Origin: Octopus vulgaris
Lineage: Eukaryota
Direction of reading: 5' to 3'
Length of the DNA: 64,000 bases
NCBI GenBank assembly: GCA_951406725.2
Contig: OX597832.1
Location: forward strand, 62,186,001-62,250,000
A model generated the notes under the pieces. The model saw only the letters and a list, made by a program, of their open reading frames with translations. It ran no database searches and was not told where the DNA came from. Positions 29,598 through 44,725 of the stretch are shown here, one piece after another. Position 1 is the stretch's first letter, and each line of letters starts with the position of its first letter. The position numbers were made by a program, and so were the translations under genes.

Positions 29598-30707
29598 GTC
29601 TATCTATATATCTATTTTTTTTTATTTATCTATAATTCTATTTGTCTATCCATCCCTCTATCTGTTCATCACTCTCTTTTTCTTACTTGATAACACGTGT
29701 GCCTCTGGATGCTTGCATATGCGTGATTTAAGTTAGTGTGTCTGTTGATTCGTTGAGAAAAACGGAACAGGAAATACATACTTGTATGTGTGCATCCGCT
29801 CGCGCGTGTGTATGAGTGTGTGTGTGTGTGTGTGTGTGCATATGAGTGTGTGTGTGTGTGAATGTGTGTGTGTATGTGAATGTGTGTGAGTGTGCTTCTC
29901 CATATGTGCTGCTCTCTATGTGCGTCATGGTGTGGCTATGTGCTCTTGCTTTATTATATCTCGCTATTTACTTACGATGACGTCCCCATTCTCTGCTCTA
30001 CATCTATCATATCAAGAACTGCAGCCAAAATCATACACGTCTACAGACGAAAAAGTGTATATATATAAATATTAATTTTTATTTTTATTATATAAATCTT
30101 TCAACAATAGTCACAAGGACTGAAATTTGGCAGTTAGTGAGTAATCGGTTATCCTGGCCACAGAGCTCCAGTCGTACACATCTCAAAGACGGACGATATG
30201 CTACTAAGCATTTTGTCCTTCATGCTTACGATCTTGCCAGCAGGTCGCTTTTTCTTAATGTTGCTTAATGTACGTTTAGTAGAAACAATGGATACTGAAA
30301 ATAGAATATACTAGAAATTCTATTTACCACAACGATCGATTGGACACATCCTGCATCGCTCCCTCACGGGTAAGAAATTATACAACGAACTGCGGTGCAT
30401 TTCACGATGCGGAAGCATCTGATCAAGTTATGCAACACAGTTTTTCGTTACGTAAGTAATCTTTCGCTGTTAAGATCAACTCGAGCCTGCTGATCCTTGA
30501 GGTATCCTTTCATATAGGTGCTTGGTGCAGAAACGCATAAACATAGATCGTAGCATTCGAGAATTGTCATTCATAAACGCTGGAATAAAGAGAGGTGTCC
30601 GGTGCTCTAAAAGCGGGATCGAATATAATCATCCATAGTTGTGTGCTGTTGGTGGTTAACCCTTAAAATGATTTAAAATAATTTAAAATGATAACTGATA
30701 TTGTAAG

Positions 30708-30852
30708 AGCAGGTGCGGCTGTGTGTTAAGAAGATTGCTTCCCAGCCACATGGTTCTTGGTTCAGTTCCACTGCCTGGCACCTTGGAAAAGTGTCTTCTA
30801 CTATAACCTCGGACTAGTGAGTAGGTTCGATAGACGGAAACTGAAGGAAGTG

Positions 30853-30883
<31 letters not shown>

Positions 30884-30892
30884 TTATGTGTG

Positions 30893-30927
<35 letters not shown>

Positions 30928-31140
30928 ATGTGTGTGTGTGTGTGTGTTCCCTTGTGTTTATACCCCAATTTCGCTTGACAACCGGTGCTGGTATGTTTAC
31001 TTCCCGGCAAAAGAGACCGATAGAAAATGTATCAGACTGCAAAAGAAAGAAAATGCCAAGTACTGTACTAAACATTCCACAAGACTGTGGCCGCATGGCC
31101 GCAGTCACATGACTGAATCATTAACGAGTAAAAAGTAAAG
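30708..31140 (+). mobile_element. SINE family A, diverged full length
   Basis: Colinear with 27249-27662. Confidence 0.75.
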
Positions 31141-31758
31141 TAAATTCACCGAATTTAGAAAGGTGGAAGATAGGTGGACTGCCTTCGATGATAATTCTGT
31201 TTGATCAGGACCACAAATTAACCAAAAATGGCAACAAAAGCAAGGACGCGGACCAATGGAAGAAAGCAAAAGAACTTTAATTGTAATCGACGGCGACAGT
31301 AAACAATAAGTAATTACATAAACCGGAAGTAGTCACATTTAATTAAATTGTTTTGTCAACCTAATTTCCGATTTAGTATTAGAAAATACGTAGATATTTC
31401 GTGAAGAGCAATGTACGATTTTGACAACATAGTGTATTATGCGGCAAAGAAATATGTATGATTCCAGTATGTTCTCAACAAACAAATTTGGCTGGCTCAC
31501 AACATATACAATATACAACGCCAACGGAATATCTCACTCCCCCCCTCTCTCTCTCTCCCTCTCTCTCTCTCTTTCTCTTCTCATCTGTTTGTCTACTCAA
31601 TTCACATACCAGATTTATCTACCGAAACTACGTTATAGACTTCCTGCTACGCCACCCTCAGAAACCACAGCCCGCACACACACACGCACTACACACAAAT
31701 TATACATATATTTAAAAATATGTATGCGTGAAAATATGCAGTATGCACTACATACATG

Positions 31759-31830
<72 letters not shown>

Positions 31831-31964
31831 CATATATACATATACATCTATGTATCTATCTATATATATATATATGTGTGTGTGTGTGCATATATATATA
31901 TATATATATATACATATATATATGTATATATGTTTGCATGTATATGAATTTATGCATATGTATA

Positions 31965-31998
<34 letters not shown>

Positions 31999-32862
31999 TA
32001 TGCATATATGTACATATGTATATGCATATATATGTATGTATAAGCCTATACATACGTACTTATACAGACATACATTCATACATACACACACATGTATATG
32101 CATGTGTGTATGGGTGTGAATGGGTATATAACCATATATTCATATGTTAGATAGTTAACATATATAAGGCGGAGAGCTGGACGGATTGTGACCGTGCATG
32201 AAAAAATGCTTAGCAGCGTTCTGTCAGCCTCAACGTTCTGAGTTCAAATTCTAACGAAGTCCGCTTTACCTTTCATCTCTTTCGAGTTGATGAAATAAGT
32301 ATCACTTGATCACTGCGGTCGTTGTAAAGAGATTTACCACCTCCCCCGAAATTACTGCTTAAGCAACAAAGCGATAAACAGAAATGAACTGAGTCGACAT
32401 TAGAGTCCCAATAAAGGGAAAAAACCCGGAAATATCCTTGCTTGAAAAAATACACAACAAAATTGCCATTAGCCAAGAAACCAAGAAACCATTAACATGT
32501 TCAATCCGACAATTATGAAGAACCACTTTAAGCAATTAAGCAACAAGGTTTAAACGATGCAAAGACAAACAGCATGTCAAATGCATATCTCCATCATCAG
32601 CTGCCTAATAGACATCTTTATGGTTTCCTCACTTGAGCAGTGGCATTCACTCTGACCGTGTCAACAGCGTTAGAAACTTAAACCCTGTATATATATATGT
32701 GTGTGTGGGTGTGTATGTGTGTGTGTGTATATAAAAGGGGGAAACAGTTTAAATGTCTGAGCGAGTGATAGAAAGAGTACTACAGAGTAAAATCTATTTT
32801 CCAACGTAAACTGGCTGTCCTGGACGATGTTACTACTTTCTATATACATATGAAGTCAAATT

Positions 32863-32901
<39 letters not shown>

Positions 32902-32937
32902 TATATATATAAATAAATAAATATATATATATATGCT

Positions 32938-32973
<36 letters not shown>

Positions 32974-33030
32974 TCATATTCATGTACACACACATAATTA
33001 TATACATACATATGCATGTATATATGTATG

Positions 33031-33073
<43 letters not shown>

Positions 33074-33787
33074 ATATATATATATACATACATACATACA
33101 TATTTATATACGTGTATATATGTAGGTGCGCGCGTGTGTGTGCATGCGTGTGTGTTTTGCAAATTTGTAAGTAGGGTTATATTTCTATTACGCTCTTCCC
33201 CTTATCGTGACAATTAGAATTTATCGAAATCTTTTGTCATCAACTTTCATATCAAATTGTGTGTGATATGTTATAGTAGCAGTATGTTGTGACTTTATGT
33301 TACGTACATCAATATCCTTAAAGAAAATGAAAGAATTCTATTGATTTTTAAATTTTTTTTAATTTTTGCTGCAAATATTTATTTCCTCCTTTTACAGAAG
33401 GACATAAAATTTCAGGCATGCATAGATATATTTATTAAAGAAATATATAAACGCCACTTGGGAAACATTCATAGCAAAATTGAACGTCGAAAATAACGGT
33501 TTGTTAAAATAATTTTTCGCAACTAGCAGGACCTGTGAAAATTTCACAGAGTAAGTTTGCATATTGGAAGTCATTTATGTTATTTTATTAAACACAAGGA
33601 AGTAATTTCTGAAAATTCTTTTCACATCCTGCTATTTAATCAAAACTGGACTTTGAAACACAATCGAAACGAACTTAGAAGTTATTGCTTATTGTCCTTC
33701 TTTTAATATGCCTAATAAATATCATGTGCTGTATACTTTAAGGAAATGAAAGGTGAATTAAAACGATGTAAATTATTCGTAGAGATA

Positions 33788-34044
33788 CACTGGCGAAAAT
33801 AAATTTAAGACCGACGATAAAAGTTCTATTTCTTACAAAATATTTTGTTACTAACACCATACAAATTATTTTTATCTAAAAATTACATTTTTATCTAAAA
33901 ATAGTTATTATCTGCATCATTCGAAAGACAAATAAATTCTGCATAAGGTGTAAAATATGACATTAATTTGTATGGTGTTAGGACCAAAATATTTTGTAAG
34001 AAATAGAACTTTTATCATCGGTCTTAAATTTATTTTCGCCAGTG
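33788..34044. mobile_element. Tc1/mariner-type MITE
   Basis: ~80-bp TIRs cactggcgaaaataaatttaagacc... / ...ggtcttaaatttattttcgccagtg, with TA on both sides (33786-87, 34045-46). Confidence 0.85.
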
Positions 34045-34241
34045 TATACTAAACAAAACAAAAAAATTACGCTCGTCGCTGTCCGAAAACTACCAAGGCT
34101 CAGTTAAAGTGATTTATTAAGTGAGATTATTTTCATTCATTTTCATTTCAATCAGCTGAGCTCGCTACCTACTTGCATGCCTTTTAACATATTTCTCTGC
34201 ATATCAGTTGATATATCTTTAAAGTCACCTACGTACGTACG

Positions 34242-34364
<123 letters not shown>

Positions 34365-34554
34365 GAAGCAAAATATAAGATAGAGGTTATGCAAGCATCT
34401 GAGTGATAGATGTATCCCTAGGCACTCCTGGTGTATTACCTTACTATGTATATATAGTGAGTCACGCTTTCGAACCTCTTCTTACGCATTCTACAGACTT
34501 TCGTTGTACTTGTGTACTATATATGCCTTTTCAACGAGTTATCATTACAATTTT

Positions 34555-36025
<1,471 letters not shown>

Positions 36026-36407
36026 CACCCGCGTTTCTAATAACATTACTATTTCTATATATCTTTATGTGCCTCTGTTTTTGGCGCTCATCTACTGGAT
36101 GCAGCAGTTTACACATTTTTATAGTGCCTCAGAGGTGTTTCCGAGACGCAGAGTGGCGCCAAAAGATACCATTGTTTCATTGTTTATGCATAGAGAATTG
36201 GTCTACGTGAGAGGAGTATGTTTTAATGGAAGCAACATGCCCTATTCTTTCCGCAACGTGAATAGGGAATCATCTGTTTCCGGAGTTATTGTTCAACCCG
36301 GTTTGTCGTACAGCGAAAACACTTAAACAATTTCATCAACAAATATATATAATGCCTCGGTTTATTTACATAAAAACCACACGCGTACAATAAGTTATAC
36401 AATATGA

Positions 36408-36469
<62 letters not shown>

Positions 36470-36504
36470 CTAATATGTATACGTATATATATGTATACGT
36501 ATAT

Positions 36505-36547
<43 letters not shown>

Positions 36548-36561
36548 ATATATATGTATAC

Positions 36562-36617
<56 letters not shown>

Positions 36618-37518
36618 ATATATATATGTATACGTATATATATATATAAGTGTATACATATATATCCATAAATATATACATATATTCACATATGCATAAA
36701 TGATTGCATATATATGTATATTCATAAATATATATATACATTAATATAAATATGGATACATGTATATACTTACATATATATACCTATACACTCACGCATA
36801 TATATATGGGTGTGTGTGTGTGTGTATGTATGTACGTATGTATGTACGTATGTATGTATATATGGGTACAGAATCACACATATATATGCATATATGGTGA
36901 TGAATATATTTACTATTTGCATATCCTGCTCAAAACCATATATATAGAATTTCATAAACAATTCATATATATGATGTACAAAAACGCTCCGCGCACGCAC
37001 ATATATGCAAGCGTCATATCTTGAAATTCAATGCCTAAAAGCATGTTTAAATACCTATCTTATTCAATTAATATACATTTAAAATTCTATATACTATTTC
37101 ATATGTAATTTCAAGCTACACTCGTGTGTGTGTGGTTTCTGTGTGTTTGTTTGTGTGTCTGTGTATGTGGGCGTCGGTGTATAACGATGTATATATGTAA
37201 CTATATATGTCAGTATAAACTTACGCGCGCACACACTCATACACGCACACACACACAAGCATATACACGCACACACACAGACACACACACACACACATAT
37301 ATGAAAGCTATTCTCAAACTGTGATCTATCGATCTACCTACCAACCTCTCTATCTTACTTTCTCTGTATCTCTGTATTTATGTATGTATGTCTCTCTATC
37401 CAACTATCTATCAATCTATCTATCTACCTATTTATCTATCCCTCTATCTATCCATCGATATGAACAACTGCGAGTGCTTGTGTGTCACTATAAATAGTAA
37501 GATATATATATATTACTA

Positions 37519-37614
<96 letters not shown>

Positions 37615-37635
37615 TATATATATATGTATGCATAC

Positions 37636-37707
<72 letters not shown>

Positions 37708-38313
37708 TCATCTATATGCACAAATATATTCGTTATATAGATAGGAAATGCATGCTCCTTACAATTTACATTTAAATTAAACAGCCATGCATTTATTCAT
37801 GAAAATATGCATAAGTTCTGTAATGATGGCATGCATTATTGAGGTATTTATACTGGAATTCACTAAGCATCATCTTGGAAAATCTGATACGCAGATGAAA
37901 TTAATGTTATATGTGTGTTTCTATACACACACTGACACACACACACACATACACACACACGCATATATATATATATATATATATATACATACATACATAC
38001 ATACATACGTACATACTTACATACATACATACATACATACATATCTATTTGCATGCACGTGTGTGCGTGTGTGGTGTTTGTGTAACAATCTTATACTTAA
38101 GTATACACCTTGTAGCATGCTGTGCAATGCCCGTTCACAGTATCTGGCTACCCGATGCTAACAACAATATGTAGGATACGCATCTGCACCTACAACGTAT
38201 CACAACTGTTTGTATAACATGTCACCAGTCGTAGTCATTTTCAATGTGCATTCCATTCTCTTTCTCTCATATTTTCCATGTATATTGCATATATAACAAC
38301 GTATATACTTCTT

Positions 38314-38415
<102 letters not shown>

Positions 38416-38617
38416 CATATATATATATATATAAGGTTAGTGTACATTCATGCACAAAAGAGGTGACGCTAAACAAGGACACCTTACATGCTAAAAGGAA
38501 CAGTCAATGTCCAAACCGCGGTTAAGAGAGATTTCGAAGAGGATGAAAAATAAAACCATTTTCAATAGTTACCACTTGTACCTAGGTTTCGAATATTAAT
38601 TAACAAATATATATATG

Positions 38618-38750
<133 letters not shown>

Positions 38751-39079
38751 CTATAGTCTCGAGCCGATCACAACCTTGATATATATATATATATACGACG
38801 GGCTTCTTTCAGTTTCAGTCCACCAAATCCCCTTACAGGGTTGTGATCGGCTCGAGACTATAGTAAAATATACTTGTACAAATTTCTACGCAGTGGGACT
38901 GAACCCAGAAATGGTTAAATAATTTTAAGATAAGTTTGCATTATCAGGTAAAAAATTAACTTCTTTTTGCCCTCAGAAAAATATATTAAGAAATGAAAGC
39001 TAATGAACAAATTAAGGGCAAAACAAAGCAATGTGTCTATCATTTCTAAAACGACTTAGGATTACAATATTTTCTACAA

Positions 39080-39612
39080 TAGTGCTCAACTGGTACTTAA
39101 TTTATCGACCCCGAAAGAATGAAAGGCAAAGTCGACCTCGGCGGAATTTGAACTCAGAACGTAACGGCAGATGCAATACTGCTAAGCACTTCGCCCGGCA
39201 TGCTAACGATTCTTTTCTATTGTAGGTACAAGGCCTGTAATTTTTAGAGAGGGAGTCAGTCGATTAGATTGATCCCAGTAAGCAACTGGTATTTAATTTA
39301 TCGACCCCGAGGGGATGAAAGGCAATTTGACCACGGCGAAATTTGAACTCAGAACGTAGCGACGGGCGAAATTCCCCTAAGCATTTCGCTAACGTTTGTG
39401 CCAGCTCGCTACCTTCTTAAAATAATTCTTTCTACTGAAGGCCTGAAATTTTCGGGGAGGGTTCTAGTCGATTACATCGACCCTAGTGTTTCCCAAGTGC
39501 TTAATTTATCGACCCCGAAAGGATGAAAGGCAAAGTCGAGCTCAGTAGAATTTGGACGGACGAAATGTCGGTAAGCCCGGTATGCTAACGATTCTTTCAG
39601 CTAGCCGCCTTG
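39080..39612 (-). mobile_element. Three tandem SINE family B copies
   Basis: Repeated aatttatcgaccccga...tgaaaggcaa...gaatttgaactcagaacgta. Confidence 0.85.
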
Positions 39613-40344
39613 ACTATGGTTATAATTCATTATCAATTTTACTTAAATTGCTATTCTGTGATTTTTTAAAAATATATAAAGCACAAAATTAGTAATACTT
39701 AATTTTTAATGTGCAATCCTACAGGCAATTATCCTTTCACTAAAATTGAAAATAGATAGCTTCTTCAGTATCTTAATTCAAAATTGTGTGTAAAAAAATA
39801 GATAAGAGCATTTGTTATTGTTTTAGTTTTTAAATTCTAACTTCAGCAGTAATATTTTAAGTTTTTTTTTCTTCTTGTCTTATAATTTTCCACTGCACTT
39901 CTCTAAAATTCAAATACTTAAGAATATTTTAGCAGTCTGATCCTGCAATTTTCATTCTGGTTCAGATTTTTACCATTATTATAATTGATTATATTTACCT
40001 TCATATTCTTAAAAAATATCCAAGGAAAACTAGAAAAAAACTGATCAGCGAGCAGCTATAGGGAATCAATCGCAGTACTTCTCGAAATTCGGCGAAAACG
40101 CCATTGTACGATTAATCTAAGCTATCTTTGACACCGTCTTTTATAATGCTAAATGTCTTAAAGTATTTTTTTTTTGTTTTGGTTAAGTGTTCACCTTTTA
40201 TTCGACATCTCTGTCTTGTAGCTGAAATGTTTCGACCAGGATTTCAATATAAGATTCCTCTCATTTGAACACAACTGTTGTATAGTTTTCTTTTACTATA
40301 GCTGAGATATTTTAATTGAAAATCAATTTTAGGGACTACGTATC

Positions 40345-40800
40345 ATATGTTCGTCACTTAAAGCCACCTTTTTTCGTGTCTAATATTTTTCACATCAATG
40401 GCTCGGATCTCATCAAGTGTCCAATCAAGCAGCCTGAATGTTGGTATGAGTACTGGTACTGAGAACACATCGTGGTTCACTGTTTTATTGAATGCAGAGA
40501 GTTCTGAAGTCCAACTTTTCCTTATTCGGCTGTAATATTCTTTAGTGTCACGTATTGTGTTACAGGTGCCATATGTTTCTCCACACCTAGACACCTGTAA
40601 CATTCCTCATCAGATACAGGTAAAACACTCATTGATGGAGATGCTGCCACTCTGGTTTACAATTTTCCCTTTTTTCACAACCATACAGCAACAATTCTCC
40701 GGACCAAATTCCAGCCCAGTATCTTCAGAGAATGTTGTAACCAGATCAAGGCTCTTTTTCATCTTGTGCATATTCTTTGCATTTGTGTTCAAATCATAAA
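40345..40800 (-). mobile_element. R4/Dong-like reverse transcriptase C-terminal/thumb fragment
   Basis: LDLVTTFSEDTGLEFGPENC; KEYYSRIRKSWTSELSAFNKTVNHDVFSVPVLIPTFRLLDWTLDEIRAIDVK. Confidence 0.8.
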
Positions 40801-41036
40801 CAGCGCGTAATTATGGTATTTCTGTTTCCTTGTGAACCAGTGAGATATCCTTCAGACTTTCTCAATATGTTTGTATGTATAAATGGATATCTTAGGTTAT
40901 TTGTCTTGATAAAATGTAAAAGTCAATATAAATGACCGATTCAGTTCTATATTTAAGAGATGAGGAATTATGTACATTATTTACATTATTTACCTTATTT
41001 ACATTTAACGGATGTATGTCCTCATCTTGTTTGTTA

Positions 41037-41080
41037 ACACAACGTTTCGGCTGATGTACCCCCCAGCCTTCATCAGGTAT
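41037..41080 (-). ncRNA. Type I hammerhead ribozyme motif, intact core
   Basis: Minus strand: atac-CTGATGA-a-ggctg-gggggtacat-cagcc-GAAA-cg-TT-gtgt. Confidence 0.8.
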
Positions 41081-41294
41081 CTTGGAAAGATTTCGAACCT
41101 GGGTTCTCATTACTAAGGTACATTTCGATGTTGTTGTTATTGTTATTATTATTCAGGTCACTGCCTGGCATTTGACTCGGAAACTTGAGGTTAGTAGTCC
41201 ACGCTCTTAACCACTAAGCCATATGCCCACGGGCATAATAATAACATCGAAAGATACCTTAGGAATGAGAACCCAAGTTCGAAGTTCCCCCAAG

Positions 41295-41338
41295 ACACAT
41301 GAAGAAGGCGGGAGGGTATATCAGCCGAAATGTAGTGT
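41295..41338 (+). ncRNA. Mutated second copy of the same hammerhead
   Basis: acac-ATGAAGA-aggcgggagggtatatcagcc-GAAA-tg-TA-gtgt (C3A). Confidence 0.55.
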
Positions 41339-42156
41339 TAACAAGAAACAAGATGAGGACAAATATCCGTCAAATGTAAATAATATAAATAATGTAAAAA
41401 ATGTAAAAGTCAATATAAGTGTCCTTTTGTTTTCTTTTCTTTCCTCTTCTGCTCTAATCGCATATGTATTTTATGGTTTTATTTAAGTGTTTTATCATTG
41501 GTATATTACATTTTATTTGGTTTATGTATTTTATTTTTCATTCCTTATCTTTTTAACTTTGTATACTTCATTTCTTGGCTTGTATGAGAAGAATTCTTCA
41601 CCATACTTTGTTCTTTATGAAGACGCAGACTACGCTTACAATTACCAAAATATATTGCTATAGAAATAAGCGAAACGGCAAATAAAAGCCAAGCTACTTT
41701 TTGAAAAGTCACCTGAGGGGACGCAATTGCGTTTACAATGCATTGCAACTGTTTATGCAGTATTTCGCCCGCAAGGTACTGGTGCATAATGGGTCGAATC
41801 GATAGTAGTGGTTCTTAATAAAGAGTCTCATGAACTCCACTCTTCCAAATTTTTTTAGAAATTCTACTGACAGAAAGGAATTCCTGAAGCAAACACAGTG
41901 TCATACACCCTACTTCTGTTGTTGACATCAGTTGGCCGAATATTGGGAACAGGTTTTAAAAAGCATACTACAAGGTGTATACCAGAATATAGAAGTATTA
42001 CTCATATATATATATGCACATATACAAACACACGCATATACACACACATATCTGTATATCTACATAGATAAAACTTACTTGGAGGAAGATGCGTGGCTTT
42101 CAATCATATAATAATTTAAATAATATGTTATAATATATATGTGTGTGTGTGTGTGT

Positions 42157-42190
<34 letters not shown>

Positions 42191-42239
42191 TTATTACATT
42201 ATTTAAATAATAATTTAAATAATATAGATAGATAGAAAG

Positions 42240-42270
<31 letters not shown>

Positions 42271-42287
42271 GATAGATAGATTGATAG

Positions 42288-42660
42288 ATATGTATATGTG
42301 GGTACAGGACGTCACGAAACGTTTACAACAAAAACGTACGAAGCACGAGTACATGGAACATGAACTATTCTTTCTAACAACGAAAGGCACAAATGGAAAA
42401 CAAAAAAAAACAACATAAACGACGGCCCTTCATCAGTTGCTGGCTATTTTCTAGTCTCGTATTTCGTGCATTTAACACCAATACGAGACTAGAGAAACAG
42501 CAAGCAACTGATGAAGGGTCGTTCTTTTTGTTGTTTGTTTTGTTTTTTCGTATTTGTGATTTTCGTTGTTCGAAAGAATAGTTCATTTTCCATGTACTCG
42601 TGCTTCGTACTTTTTTTGCCGTACATGTTTCATGACATCCTGTGCCCACATATGCATATA
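42288..42660. repeat. ~370-bp fold-back element
   Basis: gtacgaagcacgagtacatggaa / ttccatgtactcgtgcttcgtac and cccttcatcagttgc / gcaactgatgaaggg arms; microsatellite flanks. Confidence 0.85.
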
Positions 42661-42712
42661 TATATATATATATATATATATACGCATAGATGTATGTACA
42701 TATTATATATAA

Positions 42713-42791
<79 letters not shown>

Positions 42792-43369
42792 CATATACAC
42801 ACATTTATATAAAGAGAGAGACAGACAAACAGACAAAGACAGATGAAGAAGAGAACAGGAGTGATATACCAGTATATGTAAACGACTACGATCAAAGAAA
42901 AAGAAACTTCTGACAAAACTGCTGATTATCAAAATTTATTTTCTTTAAAAGAAGCACTTCGGTAATTTTTTCCAGTTGTTATTCCTGATTAATCGTTGTT
43001 CTTGTTGTTTCCAAACGTAATTTTTTTTTTTATTCATTAACGAGATATTCCGATAATTTATATTTCTGTCATGATTATCTTGTAATATATTAATCCTACT
43101 AATCACATTGCGAAAACTATTTCCAATAATTCCAGCATGTACATGTGGAATATAATGCTTATTATTGGCGTTAAATATTCTTGTAATCATCTTTGACGTA
43201 ATCTTCAGTCATAAATTGTCTGTTGTATTCAGCTCCTGAGCAAGCAATCTGTCGGAACTGAAGTTATATTTCCATGTCATGACCTTCCAGACAAATTTTG
43301 AATATTTTTGCAGACAATCTAACAGCTCAATCAATCAAATATTAATAGTTTTCTTCTCCGGGAAGATAG

Positions 43370-44725
43370 GATGCTTGCAGATTCGTTAGCACATCAGGCA
43401 ATATCCCTTGCAGAATTTCCTTCCGTCTGTCTTACATTCTGAGTTCAAATTCCTCAGTGGTTGATTCTGACTTTTGTCCTTTCTGGGTCGAGGAAATAAG
43501 AACCAGCTGAGCACGGGGTTGATGAAATCGATATTCTTCTTCTCTCGAAATTGCTGGACTCGTGCCGAAATTTTGAAATCATCAATTTTCTTATTTCTTT
43601 ACTGCCCACAAGGGAACAAACAAGGACGGACAAACGGATTAAATCGACCCCAGTGCGTGACTGGTACTAAATTTATCGGCCCCGAAATGATGAAAGGCAC
43701 AGTCGACCTCGGCGGAATTTGAACTCAGAACGTAACAGCAAAGCATTTCGCACGGCGTGCTAAATTTTCTACCAGATCACCACCTTCAAATATTCTTTTC
43801 TACTCTAGGCACAAGGCCCGACATATTTGAGGAAGGGGCCAGTCAATTATATAGATCCCAGTATGCAACTGGTAATTATTCTATCGACCTCGAAAGGATG
43901 AAAGGCAAAGTCAACCTCGGCGGAATTTGAACTTAGAACGTAAAGGCAGACGAAATACCTATTTCTTTACTACCCACAAGGGGCTAAACACAGAGGGAAC
44001 AAACAAGGACAGACATACGGATTGAGTCGATTATATCGACCCCAGTGCGTAACTGGTACTTAATTTATCGATCCTGAAATGATGAAAGGCAAAGTCGACC
44101 TCGGCGGAATTTGAACTCACAACGTAATGGCAGACGAAATACCCATTTCTTTACTACCCACAAGGGGCTAAACACAGAGGGGACAAACAAGGACAGACAA
44201 ACGGATTAATTCGATTACATCGACTCCAGTGCGCAACTGGTACTTATTTAATCGACCCCGAAAGGATGAAAGGCAAAGTCGACCTCGGCGGAATTTGAAC
44301 TCACAACGTAACGGCAGACGAAATACCTATTTCTTTACTACCCACAGGGGGCTAAACACAGAGAGGACGAACAAGGACAGACAAACGGATTAACTTGATC
44401 ATATCGACCCCAATGCGTAACTGGTACTTATTTAATCGACCCAGAAAGGATGAAAGGTAAAGTCGACCTCGGCGGAATTTGAACTCAGAACGTAACGGCA
44501 GACGAAATACCGCTAAGCATTTCGCCTGGCGTGCTAACGTTTCTAGTCCAGAAAGGCTGCGAGCTGGCGGAATCGATGGCATGACGGACAAAATGCTGAT
44601 AAGCATTTTGTCCGTCTCTACTTTCTGAATTTATATTATAACAAGAATAACAGTTGTGTTCTGGGGTCGATGTAATCGCTTTAACCCCTCCCCACGAAGT
44701 AGCGGCCTTGCACCACAAATTTGAA
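43370..44725. mobile_element. SINE family B pile-up including a 184-bp-period tandem array (43958-44509)
   Basis: Units start at 43958, 44142 and 44326; further - copies from 43590; + copies at 43370-43580 and 44555-44725. Confidence 0.9.

Larger units (their letters stand above)
40932..41397. mobile_element. Head-to-head dimer of a tRNA-headed, hammerhead-containing SINE-like element with 21-bp TSD
   Basis: Direct repeat aaaatgtaaaagtcaatataa at 40911-40931 and 41398-41418; inverted copies joined at tatgccc-ac-gggcata; tRNA-like head 41153-41228 (-). Confidence 0.75.

Noticed and set aside
32540-32606. Minus-strand CTGATGA with a possible stem II
   Set aside because: GAAA box and cleavage triplet are not intact; too decayed to call.
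38470-38530. ggac...gtcc-aaa-ccgcggtt resembling a hammerhead 3' half
   Set aside because: No recognisable CUGANGA box, and GAAA is incomplete.
41153-41228. Possible tRNA gene
   Set aside because: Degenerate T-arm/B box and fusion to the repeat body; interpreted as a SINE head.
43958-44509. Regular repeats superficially like a CRISPR array
   Set aside because: Whole 184-bp units repeat with no unique spacers; SINE-derived, eukaryotic context, no cas genes.
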